Source of the DNA: Eledone cirrhosa
Taxonomy: Eukaryota
Assembly: GCA_964016885.1 (NCBI GenBank)
Contig: OZ024742.1
Span: 81,778,001 to 81,842,000 of the forward strand
Length of the DNA: 64,000 nucleotides
Direction: 5' to 3'
The notes below the pieces were generated by a model, which was not told the origin of the DNA, ran no database searches, and worked only from the letters and a program-made list of their open reading frames with translations. Made by a program: the position numbers and the translations under genes. Positions 13,310-28,600 of the stretch are shown one piece after another (the stretch's first letter is position 1; the number at the start of each line of letters is the position of its first letter).

Positions 13310-13906
13310 AGAAATTGATTAACATATAAATAAACATGAATAATCACAGGAGATAATTTTTAAAAGTGTGTAACCACACATAGCTAGGTATGTAACTAAA
13401 TAAAGTTGACCAGAACTTCAAAGATGGATACCTTATAATATGATTAATCTTCCCTGTATATATACCATTAAAGAAATATATTTCACCAATTAATCGAATG
13501 CTAAACCACGGAAGTGGAGACTTGGATTTTCAACAACGAAGAAGTTCCAGCGATCCGTGTTTACACCTCAAGTTCAAATCTGCGACTGGCCATCACCACG
13601 TGTTGTATTTACTAGAAATACACACATCATAGTAGCTTCGTCCCAGTGGACGAATTTATATATCCATATCCATAATTAAGATAAATTAAATGAATTTAAT
13701 CAAAATCAAAATGATGGGTGTCATGCCAGAAAGACATGCGCCATATCAGCCGGAAAATAAGCTCTAAGATTCTAACGAGTAGGTCCGAGCATTTTATAAT
13801 AACTTGAAATTGATTAACATATAAATAAACATGAATAATCACAGGAGATAATGTTTATAAGTGTGTAACCACACATAACCAGGTAGGTAACTAAATAAAG
13901 TTGACT
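13310..13906 (+). repeat. Non-coding repeat with ~100-bp direct repeats (13311-13411, 13806-13906); further copy at 18345-18675
   Basis: Direct sequence comparison; the 18345 copy carries an internal inversion (~18605-18675). Confidence 0.65.
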
Positions 13907-13910
13907 TTAT

Positions 13911-14685
13911 TTAGTTTCAAGCTTATTAGCTATCGTCAACAATCTGGCAGGAAGGTATGCGTTGCTGACGATAGCTAATAAGCTTGAAACTAGTACAGCG
14001 TTCATTTGTCAGTGTTAAACAAACGAGCAACGATGGTTGATAGACACTACGGCTTAATACGGTATGTTTGTTTACAGACACACCGAGCATTATAATAAAT
14101 GTTCGGTGAATCCATACGTACATATATATATGTGTGCATGTATGTATATATATATACATACTACTGTACGTCTGTATACATATATGTATGTACGTGTACA
14201 TACTTATATTTATGTAACAGCCGTAGTAAGAGTGGGAAATGAAATTTCGTTTCATTTTTTCCGTTTATCGTTTTCGGTGCACCCGGCCGATTAACCCATT
14301 CGATATGCAAATTGGGCTACTCAGCCGTTAATATGCATAAGGTAAGTATATACGTTCAATAATCTGGCAGGAAGGTATATGTTGCTGACGATAGCTAATA
14401 AGCTTGAAACTAGTACAGCGTTCCTTTGTCAGTGTTGAACAAACGAGCAACCATGGTTGCTAGACACTACGGCTTAATACGGGATGTTTGTTTACAAACA
14501 CACCGACCATTATAATAAATGTTCGGTGAATCCATACCTGCATATATATATGTGCGCATGTATGTATATATATATACATACTACTGTACGTCTGTATACA
14601 TATATGTATGTACGTGTACATACTTATATTTAAGTAACAGCCGTACTAAGAGTGGGAAATGAAATTTCGTTTCATTTTTTCCGAT
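13911..14685 (+). mobile_element. 420-bp tandem HHR repeat (retrozyme/pLTR-like); HHRs at 13960-14000 and 14380-14420, inverted HHR stub at 13911-13940
   Basis: cgttg CTGACGA tagc taataa gctt GAAA ctag TA cagcg. Unit 13940-14359 is repeated at 14360-14685. Truncated copies at 698-916, 44578-44912 and 46548-46760. Confidence 0.8.
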
Positions 14686-14759
14686 ATATATATATATATA
14701 TACATGTGTGCGTGTATATGTGTGAGTATGCGTACACGTACACGAAACAGAATATGGAT

Positions 14760-15410
14760 TAAGGTAGATCTAACTCGAGATAATATATTTACATTGATGT
14801 GTCCATTGATCTACTAATTAGGGGTCATTTTAGAAAGTTGAAACAATTATTAAACATTGGAGAAGAAAATGAGGTATGTATTATAGCCAGGTTTACAACG
14901 CAAATATTGAAACATAACAATAAATTGTTGAATTATATTGCACATTCACCATATTGGTACAATGCTTCAAACCCTGAAAGAAAGTTCTTATCAGGACAAA
15001 GAAAAATATCTAATTCTCTTCAAAATCCATTATTGATTATAGAATGCTGTAAACAGCCATTTGAGTTTCGGGATATGAACCGGTTATGCATATTGTCGGA
15101 GACAAGAATGGAAGTAGTAATATTATCAAACAATGATATTTTGTCAAGAGCGAGCTACTAAAAGGTAATTATGAAGCTGATTGCTTTGGTAATATCATTA
15201 AAACACAACTTTAAAAGAACTTCAGAAGAATGTACATTGGGAAATGTATAATGACTTTGAATATATGTAATTTCACGCATCTTGATTATTCTATTGCGGA
15301 ATACATATGTATTCTTCGAATTTTGTACACAATTCAATGCATTCTTATTCAACATTAATTGGTAAACAGGTATAAATTTTGAGCAAACGTATAAGATGTA
15401 CCTTAACATA
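14760..15410 (+). pseudogene. Decayed late LRR / LRR-CT / TM-like segment (possible continuation of remnant B)
   Basis: ORF 14799-15161 contains GHFRKLKQLLNIGEEN and SLQNPLLIIECCKQPFEFR (cf. LxxNPFxCxC..F); then LKHNFKRTSEEC (cf. DFxP..EC) and a hydrophobic stretch. Confidence 0.4.
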
Positions 15411-15705
15411 ATATATACACATACACACAAATACACACATGCACACACACACACACATATATGTACAAGTGTGTGTGTGCGTTTGTTCGTATATATAAAT
15501 ATGTATTTACATATAGATGTATAAATACACACACACATACACTGGCATACATGCACACAGACTCTCATATATATATATATACGTACAGCTATATATGTAT
15601 ATCAATATGTATATGCGTGTAATTCTCTATACAAACGAAAAAACAACAGCATATATACATACATTCGAAAACAAATACCTAGAAATAGATACACTCATGC
15701 TCGCG

Positions 15706-15742
<37 letters not shown>

Positions 15743-15744
<2 letters not shown>

Positions 15745-16480
15745 CGAAGGAGCTGTGGTAAGGAACGAACCAGATGGACCATAACGCACCAGAGTACTCA
15801 ATACTTAGGGTAGTAGAGTGGGTAATAGGAGAAAGTATGACCCCGACGGCAGAGCTTAAGCCGTTTCGACGGCTATTTCTGGACTAAAGTAAGAGTTCTT
15901 TTAGTCTGGTAAATAAATAGCCGAAATTTTGAAGGGTACTTCCTTATATGGAAATATTGTAGTTGTCAAGGGGATTGGTCAAAATTTGTAGCGGACACAG
16001 ATAAGTCTATCATAGCAGTGGATCCGGGGTGGGGATGGCTGAACTTGCCTGTAGAACGATAGGGGAGTGGATAGAGCCGGTCATGCGTAGAAGGTGAAAT
16101 CTACACCGCAAATTCAAAGGAATGTGTATGAAAAGACCAGAGGAGCTTTTCGAAAAATGGTATCTTTAGAAAGTGGAGGAGGTACGTTATAGAGATAGTA
16201 AATCAAATGCGAATAGGGGACAAAGAAAAAATATAATAAAAAATAATATAATTTTAAAAAAATGAGAGAAATATGTAACAAAAAGTAAGATTGGAAATTG
16301 AGAAGTGAAAAAAGGAGTCTAACACAGCTGCTATGTTAATAAATATGGTTTTATAAATATAGTTTCCATTTATTTAATATTATTGTATATTATACACCAG
16401 AAAACGTGTTGAGTTCTCTCAATCATTTATAAACATTTATACTTGTTGAATTACCAACACATTGAATATCAATTCGGCTT
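15743..16480 (-). mobile_element. Truncated pLTR/3' end of a Naiad-type PLE family related to the 25673 element; HHR ~15839-15937
   Basis: Starts aacgaagg...aaggaac...cataacgcacc..agtactcaatacttagggtagtagagtgggtaatagg right after (TA)n, as at 25673. Confidence 0.75.
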
Positions 16481-16509
16481 ATATGTGTATATATGATATA
16501 TTTTTTTTT

Positions 16510-16790
16510 AGGTCGTTTTGCAAGCCTCAAGAAAGCAGATGGGTAATTCTCCGGGTAACAACATCCAGTGGTGAAGAGAGAGATGTAAGTGAATGTAGAA
16601 TGAGATGTATAGTGTGTAGAAGAGCGTAGGAAATAGCGTAAAAACTAAAAATAATAACTCGAGATAGAGTTACCTTGAGATTTAATTGTCCCTATACATT
16701 TCTGATTGACGCATCCATCAAGTGGGTGGGTGGGGGTTAATGTCGGAATGGTGCGAAACGTGTCCTCCGCTGTTCGTTGTTTATATATAT
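16510..16790 (+). repeat. Repeat module with HHR-like tail (GAAA cgtg TC); second copy at 18718-19015
   Basis: Direct comparison of the two copies. Confidence 0.6.
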
Positions 16791-16812
16791 GTAATTATAT
16801 ATATAGGGAGAG

Positions 16813-16937
16813 AAGTGGTTACACAACAGTTAGTTCACCATACCGAAAACAATTGTTTCACCTTAGCGGTGCTCAGCTCATCCCATGGACTGAGTGCTCT
16901 ACTACTATGTATATTACCTTCCAGATTTCCACCACTA

Positions 16938-16938
<1 letters not shown>
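16813..16938. repeat. Short repeat module; second copy at 19648-19802 with a 33-bp tandem duplication
   Basis: Shared ggttacacaacagttagttcaccataccga...cccatggactgagtgctctac. Confidence 0.6.
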
Positions 16939-16990
<52 letters not shown>

Positions 16991-16992
<2 letters not shown>

Positions 16993-17722
16993 CGAAGGAG
17001 CTGTGGTAAGGAACGAACCAGATGGACCATAACGCACCAGAGTACTCAATACTTAGCGTAGTAGGGTGGGTAATAGGAGAAAGTATGACCCTGACGGCAG
17101 AGCTTAAGCCGTTTCGACGGCTATTTCTGGACTAAAGTAAGAGTTATTTTAGTCTGGTAAATAATTAACCGAACCTTTCAAGGGTACTTCCTTATATGGA
17201 AATATTGTAGTTGTCAAGGAGATTGGTCAAAATTTGTAGCGGACACAGATAAGTCTATCATGGCAGTGGGTGCGGGATGGGAATGGCTGAACTTGCCTGT
17301 AGAACGATAGGGGAGTGGGTAGAGCCGGTCCAGCTTAGAATGTGAAAGCTACACGACAAATTCAAAGGAATTTGTATGAAAAGGCTAGAGGAGGTTTTCG
17401 AAAAATTGTATCTTTAGAAAGTGGAGGAGATACGTTATAGAGATAGTAAATCAAATGCGATTAGAGGACAATTAAAAAATATAATAAAGAATAATATAAT
17501 TAAGAAAATGAGAGAAATATGTAACAGAAAGTAAGATTGGAAAGTGAGAAGGAGAAAAGGTGCCTAACACAGCTGCTATATTAATAAATATGATTTTATA
17601 AATATAGTTTCCATTTATTTAATATCATTGTATATTATACTCCAGAAAACGTGTCGAGTTCTCTGAATCATTTATAAACATTTATATTTGTTGAATTACC
17701 AACAAATTGAATATCCCTTCGG

Positions 17723-17727
<5 letters not shown>
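16991..17727 (-). mobile_element. Second copy of the 15743-16480 Naiad-type pLTR/3' end
   Basis: Near-collinear match over ~740 bp with the same (TA)n-adjacent end. Confidence 0.75.
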
Positions 17728-17777
<50 letters not shown>

Positions 17778-17778
<1 letters not shown>

Positions 17779-18275
17779 TGTTAAAGTTTGCTTGAAGCAT
17801 TGTGAAATGTGTAAAATATGTAGTTTAGAAAGCCACAACAATGCAGATGGAAAATCTCGAGGTAGGAAGTGAGTGAGAAATAGGAGAAAAGTGAAAATTG
17901 AGAGAAACGAAAATGAAAACAAAACAAAGGTAGAAGGGTTACCGTAGTGGAGATTTAATCCCAATATTTCGGGCTCACGCCCATCAACGGGGGAAAGTTC
18001 CAAAAGAGGGGGAACAGGCTAAGCCGGAGAAAGTTGTGTTGTCGTTAAAACATAGGAATGCCGTTAAAACATAGGAATACCGTTAAATTATAGGAATGTC
18101 GTTAAAACAGGAATGCATGAGCCCGAAATATTTGGATTAAATCTCCACTACGGTAACCCTTCTACCTTTGTTTTGTTTTCATTTTCGTTTCTCTCAATTT
18201 CCACTTTTCTCCTATTTCTCACTCACTTCCTACCTCGAGATTTCCCATCTGCATTGTTGTGGCTTTCTAAACTAC

Positions 18276-18282
<7 letters not shown>
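17778..18282. repeat. Fold-back insert (~160 bp arms 17818-17980 / 18115-18278) with three ~19-bp internal tandem units
   Basis: Reverse-complement arms; cgttaaaacataggaat-type units at 18043-18115; (TA)n on both sides. Confidence 0.8.
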
Positions 18283-18342
<60 letters not shown>

Positions 18343-19014
18343 CTGAAGATTGATTACCATATAAATAAACATGAATAATCACAGGAGATAATTTTTAAAA
18401 GTGTGTAACCACACATAGCTAGGTAGGTAACTAAATAAAGTTGACCAGAACTTCAAAAATAGATACCTTATAATATGATTAATCTCCCCTGTATATATTC
18501 CATTAAAGAAATATATTTCAGCAATTAATCTGATGGTAAACCACAGAAGTGGAGATTTGGATTATCAACAAGGAAGAAATTTTTCAGCAATCTGTGTTTA
18601 CAATTCATGTCTTTCTGGCATGACAGCCATAATTTTGATTTAGATTAAATTCATTTGATTTATCATAATTTTGGATATATATATATATATATATTTATAT
18701 GATATATTTTCTTTACGACGTTTTGGAAGCCTCAAGAATGCAGATGGATAATTCTCCGGGTATCAAATCCGGTGGTGAAGAGAGAGCTATAAGTTAATGT
18801 AGAATGAGATGTATAGTGTGTAGAAGAACGTAGGAAAGAGCGTAAAAAATCAAAATAATAACACGAGCTAGAGTTACGTTGGGAGAGATTTTATTGTCCC
18901 TGTATATTTCGGATTCACACATCCATCAAGTGGGTTATTTCGGGGTGGGGGTGGGGTGGGGTGGGGGGTTATCTGTCGGAGTGGTGCGAAATGTGTCCTC
19001 CACTGGTCGTTGTT

Positions 19015-19070
<56 letters not shown>

Positions 19071-19159
19071 GAGGTTATATTTAATTTGTTGGGATTCAAC
19101 AAGCTTAAACATGTTTATAACTATTATAAAGCACTCAACAGTAGTGTAGAGTAAATACA

Positions 19160-20645
<1,486 letters not shown>

Positions 20646-20989
20646 GAGAGAGAGAGAGAGAGATGGTGAAGGAGAGAAAGAGAAAGAGAGAACGAGAGAG
20701 AACATTAGATGCTTATTAGATGCTCAAAGAACATTTACCCAGTAATAAACATTAACAAAAGTTGTTCAACGCTCAAAAACTTAAGTAAGCTCTATTATAA
20801 TTTCATGTAATTACGGGTAAAACATGTTTCACTGATAAGAGATTATGGAATCTTGAAACAGCTGTTTATCATTCACAACGCAAGTGGGATATCTGAAATA
20901 TTCACAGATGAAATGTGAGAATATTGCAATACAACCTCACCGATATAGACGATTTCAATTAATTAAACAATAATTCGCGATTATTCGTT

Positions 20990-22920
20990 TTTGGTATCCA
21001 ATTTTGGTCTTAATTGTATGGGGGAAGAGCCTCTTCCAAACCAGCCCCTCATCGGTCAATCGTACAAAAAATACAAAAAGTTTACTCATTTAGCCGATAA
21101 TATTTGGGTTGGAACAGAGTACAGGTCCATATCTGAAACAAAGTAGGTTATTCCGAAGTGATTGAACTGTCAGCCTTAATTTATATCTGTGTAGAATGCG
21201 TGTGATATGAGTTGTGTGGTACTTATGTACAAACTTATACCTCCGATGCCATTGGTCTCGTGGTCCAGCTATGTCCATTACTGTATAGTAGTAGAGAATA
21301 CTCCTCCAAACTGGACCCTCATCGGGCACTCAGACAAAATACGAAAAGGGCCATAGTTTTAAACACAGGAGAGTTTTATATACGAATCCAACTGGAAACA
21401 TACACCGAAGATTTCCTCTTAACGGACATGCATATCCTCCATGACAATATCTCCTACTCTTACTCTTCAACAAATACATCATACCCGCACTAAACAATCG
21501 TCTTTCGATGGAGGATTGAGTATTACAATACTATATTGTAAACTAAAGATCATACATGCAATTACTATTTACATATTCATAGTTTAAGCACCATGGAATT
21601 ATTACAGGAGGCACATATATTATAAATATTTTAAATATAGGTTGTAAGCCATATTAGGGACAACCATGCGTAATCTAACACTTTGCCTCTCTTGATTCCT
21701 GAAAAGTAAACATTCTGCCACCTCCATATGAAGCGATCTCACTGAAGTGAGTTGGAGTTTCTTGACTCATGCAGGAAGCATGAAACTCATACCGCACACA
21801 CAGTACACACATCTGTATATATATAAAATTAAGTGTGTGTGTGTGTGTGTGTGTGTCTGTGTATTACCTATAGGGGCCTACATCTTACGACCTATTTTCA
21901 TGAAATTTTACAGGCTCATAGATTAGTCATCGGGGAGTATTTTCGATGTATCAGCATATCGTTTTTTTTTTAATTCCGGTGTCATTCTGCTGATAAAAAT
22001 CGATATGCGTGTGTGTGTGAGGGGGGGGGGGGGTCAGCTTTTTTAGGTATCGACAATATGATTTTTGGTTCTAGCTCCCACATTTTGCTACCGATTTCGT
22101 TCAAATTTTAAAGGACAATAGAAATTATCATTAAACATCCTATACTAGCTTTATATTCTGCATTTGTTGTTTAGGAACTCCGTGGCAACCGCTTAAATAT
22201 TCGAAAATACCACCTCTTCCCTCAAATTTCTGCTTTTTCGGATCTCGCACCACATTTTTCAACCGATTTCGTTCAAATTCAAAACTTCGGCTCCACCTCA
22301 CACATAAATCACTTTATTTGGTTCAACTTTTATACTACGATAGAACCAGATGGTCAAAGGCAAACGGATGGCCACTGACGTCGTCTGAGCCTTTAGTTGT
22401 GTATTTGAGAATTCATTGATTTCCAATCAAGTAGCGTGAGGAAATTTGGCTTAGTGTTAGAATACATTAGCTCCCACCCCCAGCATGCCCCTTCGTCAGT
22501 CAACCGCGTTTCTCCGTGATAGAGGCCATCACCATCCTCCCCCGCATAGCCTGTGTGTAGCCATAGATGAGTCATCGAGAAGCAGTCGCTAAGATCAAAA
22601 CCTTTTCATCAAAGCAGATATTATTTTACCTACCCAGGCAACGCTGGGTGCTGCTGCTAGTACGAAATGAGGCTGATATTTCCGACACACCGGAATTTTG
22701 ACCCTTGAACGTCTCCTCTGTTTAAACTCAAGTATAGTAGGATCAAACGTTTCCGATTTCGTATTTTGTATCCGAGTGTCCGATAAGGGGCCAGTTTGAA
22801 ATATAATTCTTCACTATATCGTGATGGCCATAACTGGTGGAAACGAATGGTCGCGCATACATGTGAAATGTACGAAATTTATTTATACTAAATAAACGCT
22901 TTTGTATTAAATGTTCTGAA
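20990..22920. mobile_element. Old inverted pair of degenerate long-stem-II HHR repeats (~21245-21348 minus; ~22757-22860 plus)
   Basis: Minus ttcgtattttgtctgagtgcccgatgagggtccagtttg..agctggacc..gagaccaatgg versus plus ttcgtattttgtatccgagtgtccgataaggggccagtttg..aactggtggaaacgaatggtc. Confidence 0.4.
21812..22660 (+). mobile_element. Non-autonomous Helitron
   Basis: Inserted between A and T; 5' TC(tgtatatatataaaa) then (GT)n; 3' hairpin cccag-gcaacg-ctggg shortly before terminal CTAG; no TSD. Confidence 0.8.
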
Positions 22921-23392
22921 CATATTTTTCGGGCAAATCTAACCGGGAGGAGACCCTAGTGTACATCCCGAGCAAGATAGTTTGATAACATCCATTAGTT
23001 TCGCGGTCTCGCTTGGGGATCAAGCCGGATCAGCTAGAGACGGTTTTTATAGTCGAGGACCCTGTCCCTACGATCCTCTCAGGAATAAGTGAGAGAAGAA
23101 GAACCAGAGAGAGGTTTCCCTTTAAAAAAAATTGTTCTGTTTTGCCTTGTTTTCGTTTGTTGTCTCGCCTTTACTTTGTTAATTTTCAACAGCTTATTGT
23201 TAGTAATCCGTGTAGTTCGTGTTTTCTAACCCCCCCCCCCCCCCCCCCAAGAATATTCTTTCCTGATGACTTCCTTCGAATGAAACAGTTCTAGTCCTGT
23301 AGAAACCATTTCTATATTAAACATTTAGACTCTACTATGTATTGTTTACCTACTCTGGTTAACTCGACGGAGGCCAGGACGGACACACACAC

Positions 23393-23529
<137 letters not shown>

Positions 23530-23535
23530 TATATA

Positions 23536-23705
23536 ATTGTTTCTACACTTTGCACAAGGCCAGAATTTATCGCAGTGCATTACTGTTACTTTATTTTATC
23601 GACTCCGTAAGGATAATGAAAGGCAAAGTTAACTTTGGTGGGATTTGAACTCAGACTGTAAACGGCTGTAACATTATGCTACAAAGCATGGTATCCGCCC
23701 CTCTA
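23536..23705 (-). mobile_element. Octopus-type SINE
   Basis: Minus: gagttcaaatccc..gttaactttgcctttcat..gtcgataaaataaagta..ggccttgtgc..tagaaacaatt; same family as 48012, 53203 and 57991. Confidence 0.75.
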
Positions 23706-23714
23706 CTTATACTA

Positions 23715-24617
23715 CAATGGAACAAAGAATTAGTGTTCTGGTACATCGAATGTGCTCAGGCGCTCACAGTTCTCTGGCAAACGGACTCCGTGATCAGTGG
23801 AGACTCCACTTCGAAATCCTATAGAGGGTTGGTCCGCAGTAAGTGCGACGACGCGCTCGGAGAAACTCTAGGTGTAGAGGAGGACGAACTGGCCAGTCTG
23901 TTCGGTAGGACATTCCGCCAGGGACCAATGAACAACTTCCAGAAGTCCCTGGCCTGGCAGTGCTACCGAGGAGCTCTACCAGTTCGAGACAAGCTCTACA
24001 GACACGGGCGCCCGGGAAGGGACCCTTCGAAAAAAATATGTCCGAGATGCGTGCGCGACGAGGAAACTGTCGCTCACGCATTTGTACACTGTGGGGCTAT
24101 GTAGAACGACTATTGTCGCGGGTGGGATCAATCCAGTTGAACACCGAGTTCATGATCAAACCGCCACCCTCCTTCAGAAACGAGGGAGGGGCGGTTTTCC
24201 TATGTGTTAGGGCTATGCTGAAAGAGGTTATATGGTGGACGAGGTTAAAAGGGTTAAGATCAGACATCTTTCTCTCCGGCGAGCAACTGTACCCCAGGTG
24301 CTGTACCCCAGCAAATTTTATAAAAGGTGGGTGAATGTGGCAAAGATGGCCCGAGTGGTTGGGCCTTCTCTCTCTATAAGCCTGTAGGTTGAGGAAAAAG
24401 AGGAAGAGAGGAAGGGAGTACTCACTCTTGGTGCTCCTGGAGATGAGGGTTGTAGATTTTTTCGGCGTGTGTATAACCCCTGTGTAACGCCTCCCTCTTA
24501 TTGGGGATTTTAATTGTTGTTTGTTATTTTATTAACAGTTTTATTTGCATATACCTGTATGTAAACTCCCCATTTGTATTTGTCCCCTTCTCTTGTGCCC
24601 TTGTGGGTAATAAAAAA
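23715..24617 (+). mobile_element. 5'-truncated L1/Tx1-like LINE 3' end (zf-RVT domain plus 3' UTR)
   Basis: ORF 23676-24104: SLAWQCYRGALPVRDKL...CPRCVRDEETVAHAFVHC; frameshifted continuation; ends aataaaaaa. Confidence 0.8.
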
Positions 24618-24632
24618 TGTATCTATTCAATT

Positions 24633-24724
24633 ACATGTTACATATGTTTCACTGTCGATCAGTTTGAGTAACGATCAATTAATGATCGATTCTGACTTTG
24701 GAATCGGAATTTCCTCAAATATGT
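24633..24724 (-). ncRNA. Degenerate long-stem-II hammerhead-like motif at end of non-coding insert ~24630-25635
   Basis: Minus: catat TTGAGGA ... GAAA catatg TA acatg. Confidence 0.35.
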
Positions 24725-25633
24725 GTTAACATGTAGACTCACGTCTAAGAGTGGTTGGTTATTTATCCAGATTCATTGTTTTATTCTGTCAGACACTCTT
24801 TTAAAGGAATGTGTCCACACCACATTTAACCTGTTAAGCTGTATTCGGTCAACTCTCTGTTGGACTGGCTTATAACTACTGCAGCTATTACTGCTATTTG
24901 TTGCTCAAGTCAGCATATCAATTCGTGCCTAGCGACTAGTCTGCCTGAAGTCTGCTGTTACCGTTCGCTCTCCGACAGGTTTATGGCCTAGGGCTACATC
25001 CCTACTTACCACTATATGCACTGAGCTGGCTACCCGCAAATGTGAGCCTCGCAAGATGGAATGGCTCATCCAGCGCATCTCCCTTACCATCCTCCGGGGA
25101 AGAGCCTTTTGTATTATGTCCACCGGGTCCGTGGGGCGGCCAGTATGTTGGACCCCATTTGCTCATAACACAGATATGTGGGAAGAGCGAGAGAGATGGA
25201 GGTGATGAGAGTGGAAGCTCGTCTCTTCTATGTTGGGAAACATTTATCAATTCTATGTTTACAGAACTAAATCAATTTCATCACCGATTGCTTTCTTCGT
25301 TAACACACACACATAGAACCACAAACACTTATATATAAGAGTGTAATTGTCAGATGCAGAGGTGATAGTAAAACAAAGAAATAAATACTATGGACATATA
25401 CGATTGCTAGTGAGATAGGCAATACGTAAAAAAAGTAAAAGAATAAGACTTTAAAAAAAAATGAAATAAAATGATAAAAGAATACCTCTATATAAAACAA
25501 AAAACAAAAGATTATGTAATAACACTGCAGATATCGGATAAGCAGTAAAATAAAACTGATACAAATATATATAGTTACATCAAGATACATACATACCGAT
25601 ACCCACGCACGCACTCACATACATACAAACAGA

Positions 25634-25672
<39 letters not shown>

Positions 25673-25674
<2 letters not shown>

Positions 25675-28600
25675 CGAAGGAAATGTGGTAAGGAACCAGG
25701 TGGATCATAACGCACCAAAGTACTCAATACTTAGGGTAGTAGAGTGGGTAATAGGAACAAGTAAAACCCCGACGGCTGAGCTCAAGCCGTTTCGACGGCT
25801 AATTCTGTACTGAATGAAAATTTATTCTGGTATTTAAATAGCCGAGCTTATCAAGGGGTAATTCCATATATGGTCAAAGAGATAATCACCAGGATTGGTT
25901 ACATCACAAGTTAGTAGTAAATCTGTGATGGCAAATTGGTGGGGGAAGGGGTAGCTAAACCAGCCGGTAGGAGAAAAAGGGAGAGGGGTGGAGTAGACCT
26001 ATTCATGCGTTGGTAGTGCCAGCTACAGCTGGGCGTGAGGTTAAAGAGGGTACTGGGGAGGAAGAGGGGGAGGAGGTCGAAACGGTAAGTAGAACAATGA
26101 AGGGTAAAACTATAAAAGGTAGTGAGAGAGAAAAAAAAAAAATAAGCAAAGTCTGGTTACTAAGACTTAAGTCTCTCGCTATTGCTAGGCTAAAGAAATA
26201 CATAAATAAATAAATAAACAAATAAGTGAATAAAAGATTAGATAAATAAATTTTAAAAATATATATATATATATATATATATAATGAAGAATAAAAAAAT
26301 AAATAATAATAATAAAAATAAACTAGGTGGGACGGAAATAAAGGGACCCTTATACGAGGTATAAGTGCGTGTATCGTACGGTGACGGGTCAACAAAGAGG
26401 GTGCCAAAATACTAAAGAGACTACCACGAAATAATAAAGGTTTCTACCCCAATCACAGGGCCAGCAACCACCCAGTGCAAGAAAGTAAACTAGTACGAGA
26501 ATATAATTCAGGGTCCCGCAAAAAATACTAGTGCTAACTCTACGGGTACCGCCACGGAACAAAAAGTCTTATACAAGCTACATGAAAGATCGTACGAAGT
26601 AAAAGTAAAGAACGGAAAATTAATACAGGAACACCCCCCCCCCCCCAAAAAAAAGGGGAAAAACAAGAAAGAAATACTGGATAAACGAGAAATTAAAGCA
26701 AAGATGCCACTAAGAAATATAGAAGGCACGGAAAAAAGGGACAGCGGTCGGAGAAGGGGGCGAGTATCCGAAGTCTAACACCTCTGCTATAAAAAGCGGA
26801 GTCAGCCAAATCTATCATAGAATAGGGGAGGGGGTGGGGTGCTGAAGCTACAAGGGACTGATGGGCTACCTCGGGTGGGCGAGAAAAAGACGACGACAAA
26901 GAAAAGGAACTGGGGTAGAAGGACTAGGGAGGGATGGGGGAATGAGGAAATATAAAGGAAGCGATAAAAGAATGTAAAAGAAGATCTTACGTATCCAATG
27001 GTAAGCAGGGGTTACCCATTACAAAATAGGCAAGTGGGGTGTTATAGCCCTAGTGTACCCCCCCCCCGGGTCATTATGGGGTTTGAGGGCGAGGTAAGTC
27101 CTACGTAATCGGTGTTTACATGCAGTAACCAGTTCATCTTTCTTGTTTAGGTGTTGGTCCGTCGAAAACAACATTTGTAATGATTCCTCCGAGCATAAAT
27201 TGCACGGACGGCGTCCTCCCGTGTAAGAGTTGGCTCTGGACAGTAATTTCCAAGTGAGATCATAGTTAATGTTGTTGTCCTTGAGGTCCCATATGTGGCC
27301 CGAATGTGTAGTGGCGTGACGCCGGGGCGGGTTTCGGAAGGTATGTCTGTGTTGGTATAGCCGGGTCTTGAAGTCGCATGCGGTTAATCCTATATAAGCT
27401 TTGTTGGAGGTGTCCGTGCTCACGTTGCACTGGTAGATCACATTACGGTCTCTGCATCTGTTGTCGAGGGGGCAACTGGATCTATTAGGACAGTTGCACC
27501 TCCTGGTCGGCTCTCCACTGCTATTTAGGTTGTTTCTTCCATCGGGGTTGAGTTTTTTGTTGTTGGAGGAGACGATGTTTTGTGCGAAGTTAGGTGTAGT
27601 GCTGTAAGAGAGTTTGATGGTATTTTTGTTAATTATGTTGTGGTAGCGGTGTTGTGGTGGGAAGTCTTTTTCAATGAGCCTAAAGAAAATTTTCCCGATG
27701 GGAGTTGTCACCTCGGCGTTGTGGGGAAGATTGAACCATGTTACATTGCGTGAGCGGCGGTGTCGCCTGCTGGTTCCGCTAATGGGAGCTGGACAGTAGG
27801 ATATTTCCTCCCGGAAACCACTCCGCTTGAGGGCCTGGTTGTAGTAAGGCGCATGTTATTCGAATATCTTCTCATTAGCTGACAAACGGGATATAAGGAG
27901 GGAGATGTTTTTGAGCAGGTTATTGGCTATGTTCCTAGGATGGTTAGATCGGCGGTGGATGTAGTGCAGGTTGTCATTGGGTTTCCTGTATGGGTAGTAC
28001 AGGTCATTATTGAGATCGAGGGTAACGTCCAGGAAATTAACTTGGGTCAGGGACGTTTGTAGGGTTATTTTAAATTCCCAGTCGCGGAAGAAGCTGATTA
28101 ATTGTTTACGGACCCGATCTGTACTACTGGGGTTGTACCTTTTAAGGGTATGAGCCCATCATCACGGTACAATCCACCACCGAAAGCAGGAAACATATCG
28201 GTGAGTTTGGCTATAAGGAATAATCCTATAAGATCTGTGACCTCCGCCGAATCCGTAGAACCCATGCTGACGTCGAAGGGTGAGTCAGGAGCTCTTTTTA
28301 TATATTTGGAGTTGTCAAAGAGTAAGACTGTCTTCCTGGCGTGGAGGATGATTTTTATTTCCTGGTCGGTGATGGGCACAAGTGCTTTGGCGAAGTCCAA
28401 GGCTGCAGTAAGTAGCGGTAAGGTGATTGAAGCATAGTAGCTCTCTATGTCGAACTGGATAAATTTAGTGTCTCGTTTATCCTCCAAATTGCTGAAACAT
28501 GAGATAACTTCCTGGGTGTTGACCATAGGCTAAGTCGAGCGTGTTGCTTGACTTTTGGTATCACGCGGTCTAGGACTTTTTTGCTGATTCTCCCTATGTC

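Noticed and set aside
18043-18115. CRISPR-like short repeats
   Set aside because: Contiguous tandem units with no spacers, eukaryotic context, no cas genes.
20828-20870. Hammerhead CTGATAA gagatt..aatctt GAAA cagctg TT
   Set aside because: C3-A8 mismatch and no stem I; possibly a dead HHR but not counted as supported.
23263-23295. Hammerhead (CTGATGA..GAAA)
   Set aside because: Only a 3-bp stem II and no convincing stems I or III.
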